From an uncultured bacterium (lineage in GTDB: Bacteria; Patescibacteriota; Minisyncoccia; Phycocordibacterales; UBA918): DNA of 45,983 nt. A program made the position numbers and the translations under genes. The stretch's first letter is position 1; every line of letters begins with the position of its first letter. The notes under the pieces are model-generated. The model was not told the origin of the DNA and did not search any database. It was given only the letters and a program-made list of their open reading frames with translations. This document shows positions 8,335-16,245 of the stretch, piece by piece. The stretch lies in NCBI GenBank assembly GCA_913050645.1, contig CAJXAG010000001.1, forward strand, positions 1-45,983, read 5' to 3'.

Positions 8335-9355
8335 CCATACTCGGGTCATAAGTCCCCTGATCCGCCATACTATTGAGTTGCAATCGCTTGATAAGTGCCG
8401 CTTGTGCTGCCTCTATATTCTCATCTTTTCCTTGCCATGCTTCCTGCACCGGTTGCTCAAGCCCTCGTGAGAATGAAAACGCTAACTCCCATGGAAATCC
8501 ACCTTCCTGTGCCTCAAGCTCTGCAATCGCGTCTAAGTTCTCTGTCGCTCTCTGTGGTGTCTGTCCTCCTGAAAGAAAGACGATACCAGGAACTTCTGGG
8601 GGTACACTATTCATAAAGGTACGTAGTGTTGCCTGTGCAACGTCTGCAGCAGACGTCTGCTCACTCCACTCACTTCCTGCAAGCACCATACTCGACTTCA
8701 GAATCACCCCTTCCAGGTCAACGTTGTTCCACTGCAGCTGCTCAAATAGTTTCTGCAGCACCATAGTTGTCACCTCTTCAGCGCGCTCTAATGAATGACT
8801 ACCGCTGAAAAGGACTTCTGGCTCTACCATTGGCACAATCCCTGCTTCCTGACAAAGCGCTGCGTAACGCGCGAGTGTCATACAGTCAAAGAGAATATTT
8901 TGCTCAGTCGGCGTATTTTCTGAAATGGTAAACACAGCACGCCACTTTGCTGCTCGCGCACCCATGTCGTAATACTCTTGCAAACGATCAGCAAGACCAT
9001 CGAGCCCTTGGGTTACCACCTCACCTTCAAAGTTCGTGTGTGGGACTGTACTCTTGTCCACCTTAATGATTGGCACAACACCTTTAGCGATGAGCAGGTC
9101 AGAAAACTCGGTACCGTCGTCGGCATGGTTACGAATCGTGCCATCATGAAGAATAACTCCAGTGACATACTCTTGGAGACCTTCAGTGGTAAATAGAAGT
9201 TGCCGGTACTTTCGCCGAAGCTCAGCCTCGGGAGGTAACCCGAGTGCTTCTAATTGCTTATTCATAGTGCGCGGCGACTGGTCGGCCGCAAGAATTCCCT
9301 TATGTGGCGTTACCAGTGTCTTCGCCATCTCTCGGAGTTGTTCTGTGTTTGACAT
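8330..9355 (-). CDS. fba: fructose-bisphosphate aldolase, class I
   Basis: GILAADQSPRTMNKQL and overall similarity to class I (Schiff-base) aldolases. I prefer the start at MSNTEQ (9355) because the longer ORF (to 9382) would run into the 9370-9402 hairpin. Confidence 0.88.
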   Translation of the reverse strand: MSNTEQLREMAKTLVTPHKGILAADQSPRTMNKQLEALGLPPEAELRRKYRQLLFTTEGLQEYVTGVILHDGTIRNHADDGTEFSDLLIAKGVVPIIKVDKSTVPHTNFEGEVVTQGLDGLADRLQEYYDMGARAAKWRAVFTISENTPTEQNILFDCMTLARYAALCQEAGIVPMVEPEVLFSGSHSLERAEEVTTMVLQKLFEQLQWNNVDLEGVILKSSMVLAGSEWSEQTSAADVAQATLRTFMNSVPPEVPGIVFLSGGQTPQRATENLDAIAELEAQEGGFPWELAFSFSRGLEQPVQEAWQGKDENIEAAQAALIKRLQLNSMADQGTYDPSME

Positions 9356-9369
9356 ACTGCTTATAGTGT

Positions 9370-9402
9370 AACAGCCTTGCAAGAAAAGCTTGCAAGGCTG
9401 TT
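9370..9402 (-). terminator. hairpin between ABC permease and fba
   Basis: aacagccttgcaag / cttgcaaggctgtt, a 14-bp perfect stem. Confidence 0.5.
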
Positions 9403-9444
9403 GTGGAATCCCAGCTCATATTCCATACAGTTCCATACAACATT

Positions 9445-9469
9445 ACAGGGGACATCCGATGTCCCCTGT
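9445..9469 (-). terminator. hairpin, ACAGGGGACAT stem family (copy 1)
   Basis: acaggggacat-ccg-atgtcccctgt. The same 11-bp stem recurs at 38491-38515. Confidence 0.55.
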
Positions 9470-9484
9470 TTCAGCACGCTAGGC

Positions 9485-10267
9485 CTAGTAGCGTATCTTC
9501 CAGCCAATACTAAACAAATACTTCACAAGACCCACCAAAAATACAGCTAGGCCAACAATCACTACAAGACCCACTTCACTATTTGCTTCAGAGTACCCGA
9601 TCATGCTGCTTCGGATACCATCAGCGAAGTAGAAGAAGGGGTTCAGGAGTGTAATTTTTGCAGCAAGCTCTGGCAAAAAGGTAATCGAGTAGAAGATACC
9701 GCCGAGATACGTCAGTGGTGTAATCACAAATGTATTCATCACCTGCAGCTGTTCGAAGCTCTCTGCCCAAAGCGCAACCAGCATCCCCAGCGAACCGAAT
9801 ATAGCAGCAATCGCAAGCACATAGAACACAAACATAATAGGATTCACCAACTGCACCGCACCAAAGAGTGACCCTACCCCCAGAATCAGAAATGCAACCA
9901 GAAGCGCTCGCCCAAGTGACTCAGAAAGCAGGCCGATGATCATCTCAGTGTATGATAGTGGCGCAATCAAAATCTCCTCGAGTCCTCTTCCCCAGCGCAG
10001 GAAATAGAGCGCTGAAGACGCGCTCGAGAACGATGCGTTAATGATCGCAAGCATCAAGATACCGGGAAACACAAACGATATGTACGGCACGCCGGCAAAA
10101 TCATCAATCTTCGTACCGATCACCGTCCCAAAGATAAAAATATACAACGCAGAAGACACCACTGGTGCAACGAGCGTCTGTATCGCTACCCGAAAGGTGC
10201 GCTTCATCCCTTTACGGAGGAATGTGTAAATTCCAATCCAATTAACTTTCATCATGTTTTCATTCAT
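9485..10267 (-). CDS. ABC-2 type transporter permease
   Basis: 260 aa with about six hydrophobic spans and ABC-2 exporter permease architecture. It lies downstream of the ATPase gene on the same strand. Confidence 0.8.
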   Translation of the reverse strand: MNENMMKVNWIGIYTFLRKGMKRTFRVAIQTLVAPVVSSALYIFIFGTVIGTKIDDFAGVPYISFVFPGILMLAIINASFSSASSALYFLRWGRGLEEILIAPLSYTEMIIGLLSESLGRALLVAFLILGVGSLFGAVQLVNPIMFVFYVLAIAAIFGSLGMLVALWAESFEQLQVMNTFVITPLTYLGGIFYSITFLPELAAKITLLNPFFYFADGIRSSMIGYSEANSEVGLVVIVGLAVFLVGLVKYLFSIGWKIRY

Positions 10268-10280
10268 AGTCCAATAATTT

Positions 10281-10404
10281 GATTAAAATTGATTTAAATG
10301 GGATGAGCTACGAGGAAGACAAGAAAAATAAATCGAGGTGTATGTTGGTATACAGTGAGATTTCTTTTTTACAGTCTGACAAAGTAGATCGATCATTTTA
10401 ATTA
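10281..10404 (-). repeat. gene-3'-end structured element (between ABC ATPase and permease genes)
   Basis: cgaggaagacaag-aaaaataaatc-gag-[tgtat/ataca hairpin]-tga-gatttcttttt-acagtctgacaaagtag. An imperfect outer helix includes the TAA stop at 10398-10400. Confidence 0.6.
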
Positions 10405-11153
10405 TTTTTTGCTTCGCGAGTAATCTCTAAGTATGTTTCTTCGACCGATTTTCCGTCTTTCATAAACTCTTCTTTTGTTCCTTGCGCAACAATCTTCCCT
10501 TTGTTAATAATCGCAATATGGTTACATAAGTACTGAATCTCCTCAAGATAGTGCGAGGTAAGAATGATCGTCTTCCCACGTTCATTCATTTCTTTAAGAT
10601 ATTCCCAAAGATCATGCCGTTGCTCCACATCTACTCCAGCAGTCGGCTCATCGAGAATCAACAGGTCAGGTGTATGAATGAGCGCGCGGGCAAGAATTGC
10701 TCGTCGCTTCAGACCCCCGGAAAGCTTCTGAAAGCTGGTATCCTTGTGCTCATTGAGATCAAATCGATCAAGTAGTTCAGCACCTCGTTTTCTTCGCACC
10801 GCAGCCGAAATACCATAAAACCCACCCATGAAGTCAATAAGCTGCGAAGGGGTTGCAAATATATCAACATTGAACTCCTGTGGTGAGAGCCCTACCTTCA
10901 ATCGCGCTTGCTTGTAGTCTTTGACTACATCGAGTCCATCAATAGTAATTGACCCTTCGGTTGGTTGTGCAATACCCGTTATACAGTGAATGGTTGTACT
11001 TTTTCCTGCACCGTTTGGACCCAACAGACCATAAAAACTCCCTTTGGGTATAGACAGCGATACACCATCTACCGCACGCTTTGCACTCTTCCCTTTTCCG
11101 TAGACTTTTACCAAGTCTTTTATTTCAAGCATTACATCAGTCATGGGTACCAT
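10398..11153 (-). CDS. ABC transporter ATP-binding protein
   Basis: Walker A GPNGAGKST, signature LSGGLKRR, Walker B LLILDEPT. The start could instead be at 11144 or 11132. Confidence 0.9.
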   Translation of the reverse strand: MVPMTDVMLEIKDLVKVYGKGKSAKRAVDGVSLSIPKGSFYGLLGPNGAGKSTTIHCITGIAQPTEGSITIDGLDVVKDYKQARLKVGLSPQEFNVDIFATPSQLIDFMGGFYGISAAVRRKRGAELLDRFDLNEHKDTSFQKLSGGLKRRAILARALIHTPDLLILDEPTAGVDVEQRHDLWEYLKEMNERGKTIILTSHYLEEIQYLCNHIAIINKGKIVAQGTKEEFMKDGKSVEETYLEITREAKNN

Positions 11154-11208
11154 TGTATCAGTTCACACTCTTTGACGCACAAACGGAAACTTGTCTACAA
11201 TACTTGTC

Positions 11209-11769
11209 CTACAGATTAAATCTTTCTTTGATTGCACTAGCTACTGCTTCAGGACCTAATTTTGTGTTGTTGATACGTAGGTAATTCTCTTCTTCTATCT
11301 CCCCTTCTTTTGAATTAAGTCTGTGATTCTCTACAGAATTTAATAAGTTAGATTCTGACCATTCAACATCACGCTTACTGGGTTTATGTACCAGTCTATG
11401 TTCCGTTTTATTTCTTTCAATTCGGACTTCTGTATCTGCTTCTAACTCAACTAAACAAACCTCAGCATTTTCACTTGAGAAAAAATTTGAAATCTCTTTT
11501 ACACGCTTCCATTCTGCAGGATCGTCAAAGTTACAAATTATTGTGAAGACAAGACCGTACTTGTCACTGCTTGCAAAAGTTTTAAAAATCTCATCTCTAA
11601 ACAATTTAATTAATTTTTGAGCTTCGGGAGTCTCATAATCAAAAAGACTCACAACAAGTTCTATTGTCATGTGATTATGGAAAAGTTTGAGGTCAGTAAT
11701 CTTTTCCAGCTCATGTCCTACTGTCATTTTTCCTACTGCTTGTGGGCCAGTAATAATTACAAGTTTCAT
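11209..11769 (-). CDS. P-loop NTPase (small AAA/kinase-like ATP-binding protein)
   Basis: MKLVIITGPQAVGKMT is a Walker A motif at the N-terminus. I prefer ATG 11769 over the ORF-track start at 11805. The gene is visibly more A/T-rich than its neighbours. Confidence 0.6.
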   Translation of the reverse strand: MKLVIITGPQAVGKMTVGHELEKITDLKLFHNHMTIELVVSLFDYETPEAQKLIKLFRDEIFKTFASSDKYGLVFTIICNFDDPAEWKRVKEISNFFSSENAEVCLVELEADTEVRIERNKTEHRLVHKPSKRDVEWSESNLLNSVENHRLNSKEGEIEEENYLRINNTKLGPEAVASAIKERFNL

Positions 11770-11872
11770 GACTCTAGTGTAGCAAAAACGGTATATGTAG
11801 AACAAGCTGGAGGACAGGTACTAAAATATAGGTCTTGCAATTTGGGCACAGGAACTGCATAGTGCTTTCGTT

Positions 11873-12766
11873 ATGGACGAAGAAGAAAAGTGGTTGCTGG
11901 AGGAGAAATACAGTGGCACGGAAAGCTTCGCTTTCCGTGCAGATTTAGAACTGCTCAAAAACGGCACTCCTCTCGCCTACCTCATTGGATCAATCCCCTT
12001 TTTAGACTGCACCATTCACCTCGACTCACACCCACTGATCCCACGTTCTGAAACCGAATTCTGGACCGAGCAAGCTATCAAGGTCATTCGAAATTTCGAG
12101 CGTACGTACGAACGTACGTACGACCATAACTCCCCCCAAGGCAGCCCTAGGGAACTCCCCGGACAAAACCCGAGGCCCGGCCTAGGGCTGGCCCTAGGCC
12201 GGGCCTCGGGAGAAGTTCATGTCCTGGATCTGTGTGCGGGCTCAGGAGCAATCGGTGTCGCCGTCGCCAAAGCGATCCCACAAGCACAGGTCGATTTTGC
12301 AGAAATTGACCCAGCTCACCTCCCTACCATCGAAAAAAACATCGAACACAACCTCAAACCGACATGTCGGAGGTCTAACCTCCAACATGGGCAATGTCGT
12401 GTGATTGAAAGCAATCTCTTTACGCCGAGTGCAGGGTTAAACCGCGAACTTGGGAAATATGACTTTATTCTCACTAACCCGCCCTATATTGATCCTGCAA
12501 TCGACCGTACTGAAACTTCCGTAAAGCTGCACGAGCCACACCTTGCGCTGTATGGCGGAGCTGAAGGTATGGAATGTATTGCAAAAATCATAGCAGAAGC
12601 ACCGAAACATCTCACGTTACATGGTCAACTCTGGATCGAACACGAACCTGAGCAGGTAGATGCAATTACTGCTCTTGCTGCAGAAAATGATTTGTTTAGC
12701 ACGACTCACAACGACCAGTACAACACACCTCGCTATAGTGTTGTAACGCGCACTGTGGCAGAATAA
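11873..12766 (+). CDS. prmC: release factor glutamine N5-methyltransferase PrmC (HemK) with ~35-aa palindrome-encoded insertion
   Basis: SAM motif VLDLCAGSGAIG and catalytic LTNPPYI. The segment FERTYERTYDHNSPQGSPRELPGQNPRPGLGLALGRASGE lies where E. coli PrmC has only about 6 residues. Confidence 0.85.
   Translation: MDEEEKWLLEEKYSGTESFAFRADLELLKNGTPLAYLIGSIPFLDCTIHLDSHPLIPRSETEFWTEQAIKVIRNFERTYERTYDHNSPQGSPRELPGQNPRPGLGLALGRASGEVHVLDLCAGSGAIGVAVAKAIPQAQVDFAEIDPAHLPTIEKNIEHNLKPTCRRSNLQHGQCRVIESNLFTPSAGLNRELGKYDFILTNPPYIDPAIDRTETSVKLHEPHLALYGGAEGMECIAKIIAEAPKHLTLHGQLWIEHEPEQVDAITALAAENDLFSTTHNDQYNTPRYSVVTRTVAE
12101..12122. repeat. intragenic palindrome CGTACGTACG-AA-CGTACGTACG (in prmC)
   Basis: Self-complementary 22-mer, read in frame as RTYERTY. 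Confidence 0.8.
12169..12210. repeat. intragenic GC-rich 42-nt perfect palindrome (in prmC)
   Basis: cccgaggcccggcctagggc-tg-gccctaggccgggcctcggg, read in frame as PRPGLGLALGRASG. Its composition is far more GC-rich than the surrounding gene. Confidence 0.8.
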
Positions 12767-12770
12767 AGCA

Positions 12771-13004
12771 ATGGAACCCATTATTGACGGATCGATACCT
12801 ACCCGCGTTATGGAGTTTGGTGCTGAAGGTCTTTTTTACCTTATCACGCTCATTTTCCTTTTCTTTTCGCTGAGTATTGCATATCATTGGCTCGCATACG
12901 GCACCAACCGCTCACAAAGCGTCTTGTTTCTGGTCATCTTTATCATGGTAAGCATGCTCTTTTTTATTGGTATGACAGTCTCACTTAACACCTTCCAGTT
13001 CTAG
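12771..13004 (+). CDS. small membrane protein (2 predicted TM)
   Basis: 77-aa ORF with two long hydrophobic stretches. It is tightly spaced between prmC and the next gene. Confidence 0.45.
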   Translation: MEPIIDGSIPTRVMEFGAEGLFYLITLIFLFFSLSIAYHWLAYGTNRSQSVLFLVIFIMVSMLFFIGMTVSLNTFQF

Positions 13005-13007
13005 GCT

Positions 13008-13577
13008 ATGTTGTTTGAAAAAATAAAACTCGAAGATGACGAGAAGGTGCGGAAGGTCGTACATAAGCACTGGTTTGTACTTTTCAGTAGAACTGTTGGG
13101 GTTGTTGCGGCAGCACTATTCCCCGCAGTTGCCTGGATCGTACTTGGTATACTGCTGCAATCAGATCAAAGTCCACTGCTGATAGATCTTTCCGGCTATC
13201 TTTCCTATTTTATCTTCTTCTACAGTGCTTGGCTTTTGTTTAGCTGGATGACACTCGCGTACATATTTACTGACCATCACCTCGACATCTGGATTATTAC
13301 CGATCGAAGAATCATCTCAATTGACCAAAAAGGTCTATTTCGCCGATACATCGGAAGCTTCCGTCTGGAAAAACTACAGGACATAAATATCGCCATCGAT
13401 GGTATCGTCGCAACATTCCTCAACTACGGCATGGTGGAAGCACAAACCGCCAGTGGCAGCGAAGAGGAGTTCCAATCATTCCATCTACCAAAGCCGCGAG
13501 AACTCAAAGCGATTATTCTTGAAGCAGCCGACAATCGTATGCACACACAAAGCACACAGCAGCAACAGACCGAATAA
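13008..13577 (+). CDS. membrane protein with bacterial PH-like (YdbS/YdbT-type) domain
   Basis: 189 aa. EDDEKVRKVVHKHWFVLF is followed by two TM spans and then a soluble domain, matching the bPH_2-type layout. Confidence 0.5.
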   Translation: MLFEKIKLEDDEKVRKVVHKHWFVLFSRTVGVVAAALFPAVAWIVLGILLQSDQSPLLIDLSGYLSYFIFFYSAWLLFSWMTLAYIFTDHHLDIWIITDRRIISIDQKGLFRRYIGSFRLEKLQDINIAIDGIVATFLNYGMVEAQTASGSEEEFQSFHLPKPRELKAIILEAADNRMHTQSTQQQQTE

Positions 13578-13618
13578 GTTGCAATTACTATCCGACTTCA
13601 CTAAAATCAACCAACACT

Positions 13619-14908
13619 ATGACAAACAAGCTTTCAACTGATCCGTACAAGGGCGTACGCGACTTTTATCCAGAAGACATGGCCGTGCAACGGTACATGT
13701 TTGATGTATGGCGCATGACCGCCGAGCATTTTGGGTTTGAGGCATATGACGCGTCGGTACTTGAACCAGCAGAACTCTATCGAAGCAAAACAAGTGAAGA
13801 GATCATCAACGAACAAACCTACACGTTTACCGACCGTGGTGACCGTGAAGTAACGCTTCGTCCAGAGATGACCCCGACGGTTGCACGTATGGTTGCAGGA
13901 CGACGTCGTGAACTTACATTTCCAGTACGATGGTACTCTATCCCCAATCTCTTTCGGTACGAACGAATGCAACGCGGACGTCTGCGCGAACACTGGCAGT
14001 TAAACTGCGACATCTTTGGGGTGGATGATGTATCTGCAGACATTGAAATTCTGCTGCTGGCTAACGAAATCTTCAAAAACTTTGGTGCGGAAAACGGCAC
14101 ACACTATGCGATATATGTCTCAAGTCGCAAACTGCTTGAGGTGTTATATGACACACTAGATCTCGACACTCAAGCGCGCACCGCAGCAACACGACTGTCT
14201 GACCGAAAGAACAAAATGGGAGCTGATGAGTTTAAAGCAAAAATGCAGCTTATCTGCGGTGGCGCTACCGCAGACGTACTCACATTTCTCAATGCAGACA
14301 ATATCGATGTCGTTCCAGAGGCAGTCAAAGAAAGTGATGCGTATACAGAACTCCAGACACTCATTGCAACCATGAAAGAAACAGGTACTCCGGTGGCGTT
14401 TGACCCAACGATTATTCGCGGTTTCGACTACTACACAGGCATTGTGTTTGAAGTGGTCGACCTACACCCCGAAAACAACCGAGCAATGATGGGGGGCGGC
14501 CGTTACGACAACCTAACTGGGCTGTTTGGTGGTGAACCAATCCCCGGTATTGGATTTGGTTTTGGTGACGTGACCTTACGTGACTTCCTTATCAGCCATG
14601 AGCTTATGACTACTGATATTACATCACCACAACTGGCAGTACTGCCGACCGACACTGAGAACAATGTCGCCGCACAAAAGCTTGCCCAGAACTTCCGTAA
14701 CGCAGGTATCTCTACCTCGGTGGACCTCAGCCCAAAAAAAGTTGGTAAGAAGATTGCAAACGCCGGGGCGCAGTTTATTGATTACGCACTAGTATTAGGT
14801 GAAGATGAGATCGCTTCAGGAACTTACACGGTGAAAGACCTACTGGAAGGCTCAGAACTCTCTGGTACACTACAGGAACTTATTGATCAACTGAGTAACA
14901 ATGGCTAA
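13619..14908 (+). CDS. hisS: histidine--tRNA ligase
   Basis: Class II motifs are present: FRYERMQRGRLREHWQ (motif 2) and GGGRYDNL (motif 3), plus a C-terminal anticodon-binding region. Confidence 0.92.
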   Translation: MTNKLSTDPYKGVRDFYPEDMAVQRYMFDVWRMTAEHFGFEAYDASVLEPAELYRSKTSEEIINEQTYTFTDRGDREVTLRPEMTPTVARMVAGRRRELTFPVRWYSIPNLFRYERMQRGRLREHWQLNCDIFGVDDVSADIEILLLANEIFKNFGAENGTHYAIYVSSRKLLEVLYDTLDLDTQARTAATRLSDRKNKMGADEFKAKMQLICGGATADVLTFLNADNIDVVPEAVKESDAYTELQTLIATMKETGTPVAFDPTIIRGFDYYTGIVFEVVDLHPENNRAMMGGGRYDNLTGLFGGEPIPGIGFGFGDVTLRDFLISHELMTTDITSPQLAVLPTDTENNVAAQKLAQNFRNAGISTSVDLSPKKVGKKIANAGAQFIDYALVLGEDEIASGTYTVKDLLEGSELSGTLQELIDQLSNNG

Positions 14909-15500
14909 CACACCACAGTACAAACTGAACTACGTTATTTTTGACCTTGAAACCCAAAACATCTTCCAAGATGTTGGTTCTAACGATGCTGCTGACCTGG
15001 ATATCTCAGTCGCAACGTTTTACGAGACCAGTACCGACAAGTACACCACCGTCCATATCGATGACCTGGAGAGCGTGTGGCCAATCCTTGAGCGTGCAGA
15101 CGCATTGGTAACCTACAATGGTAACCATTTTGACATTCCACTATTAAATAAGTACTATCCAGGCGACCTTACACAGATCAAAAGTATTGATATGCTTGTG
15201 TCGATTAAAGACTCTCTTGGACGTCGACTTCGTCTTGATTCAGTCGCAAGCGCAACGGTAGGCGCAAAGAAGTCAGCAGACGGCCTCCAAGCCGTGCGTT
15301 GGTGGCGTGAAGGAAAAGTGAAAGAGATCATGAAGTATTGTGAACAAGACGTAAAGGTCACCAAGAAAGTATTCGACTATGCACTTCTCAATAGTGCCGT
15401 TAAGTTCAAAGACGGCTACCGCAAGAAAGACATCGAGCTCGACACCTCAGACTGGGAAACAAAGGAGGAGGTTTCCATGACACACTCGCTTCTGTTTTAA
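14901..15500 (+). CDS. DEDD-type 3'-5' exonuclease / RNase H-like fold protein
   Basis: FDLET (Exo I), YNGNHFDIPLL (Exo II) and YCEQDVKVT (Exo III). It overlaps hisS by 8 nt. Confidence 0.6.
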   Translation: MANTPQYKLNYVIFDLETQNIFQDVGSNDAADLDISVATFYETSTDKYTTVHIDDLESVWPILERADALVTYNGNHFDIPLLNKYYPGDLTQIKSIDMLVSIKDSLGRRLRLDSVASATVGAKKSADGLQAVRWWREGKVKEIMKYCEQDVKVTKKVFDYALLNSAVKFKDGYRKKDIELDTSDWETKEEVSMTHSLLF

Positions 15501-15507
15501 ATCTCCT

Positions 15508-15537
15508 GGATTGCTTCACCTAAAGGTTCGCAATGAC
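15508..15537 (-). repeat. short dispersed repeat GTCATTGCGA-N-GAAGCAATCC (copy 3, inverted)
   Basis: The plus strand reads ggattgcttcacctaaaggttcgcaatgac, the reverse complement of the motif. Confidence 0.5.
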
Positions 15538-15539
15538 AG

Positions 15540-15562
15540 CACCGCTCGCTTCGCGAGCGGTG
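15540..15562 (+). terminator. intrinsic terminator after exonuclease gene
   Basis: caccgctcgc-ttc-gcgagcggtg followed by ttgtttttt. Confidence 0.65.
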
Positions 15563-15635
15563 TTGTTTTTTATTGACTTTTAGTCCAATTTTGCTTTACT
15601 GCACACAGACGAAACGCCATAGAAAAGAATGGAAA

Positions 15636-15926
15636 ATGGCCTATGCAACTCGTGATGATCTCGCTAACCAAGTGTACTCACTTGAAAAAAGGTTAAAAGA
15701 GGAGCAGGAAGCTTTTAAGGTAAAACAAATGGAACTACGTACTCTTCTTGAGAACTACGACACACTTAAGGAGGACCGAGATCAATATATTAAAAAGTAT
15801 CACAATGCCCTTCGTGACATTGGAGCAGTCAAAATAAAGTTCCGCAAGTGGGAAAAGAAACAGCGTCAGAAATATAATGAACTTATGCGCACACACCTCG
15901 CAGTGATTGCATTTCTAACAAAATAG
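15636..15926 (+). CDS. hypothetical coiled-coil protein
   Basis: 96 aa from the internal ATG (ORF track starts at 15573). It is rich in charged heptad-like sequence. A weak TTGACT -35 lies at 15573-15578. Confidence 0.4.
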   Translation: MAYATRDDLANQVYSLEKRLKEEQEAFKVKQMELRTLLENYDTLKEDRDQYIKKYHNALRDIGAVKIKFRKWEKKQRQKYNELMRTHLAVIAFLTK

Positions 15927-16115
15927 ATACACTGAACAGGTAAAATTACTCAGTGTTGACATTATGGGAGAACCTGTTCTTACAGTTGATTCTGGAGAAG
16001 AATACACATAACAACCATCCGATACTTTCGGGTGGTTTTCTTATTGATTACGTCAACTTATCTTTGGATAAATGGAACAAATGCGTAATACTGAAAATTT
16101 CAAAATCACGTTACA

Positions 16116-16245
16116 CGTGTTCGGTTAAAATTGGATGAAGTACAAGGCACGCAAAGCAAATGACGCCGAGCCTTACTTTACTGTAAGGTGAGCGCTCATT
16201 TGTCTGCAGCGTAACGCAGTAGTTCGCCAATTTTAACCGAACACG
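16116..16245 (-). repeat. gene-3'-end structured element (after uppP)
   Basis: A 19-bp perfect outer helix pairs 16116-16134 with 16227-16245 and covers the last uppP codons plus the stop. S1 is caaatgacgc/gcgctcatttg and S2 is ccttac/gtaagg, with GAG and TGA linkers. Confidence 0.6.

Noticed and set aside
9355-9382. N-terminal extensions offered by the ORF track for fba (to 9382) and similarly for the GT (7025), uppP (17069), helicase (21140), dnaG (28646), NUDIX (39830), the P-loop gene (11805) and the second CBS gene (23808).
   Set aside because: The extensions run into upstream hairpins or palindromes, or add residues before the conserved family N-terminus. Internal ATGs give products that match the expected N-termini.
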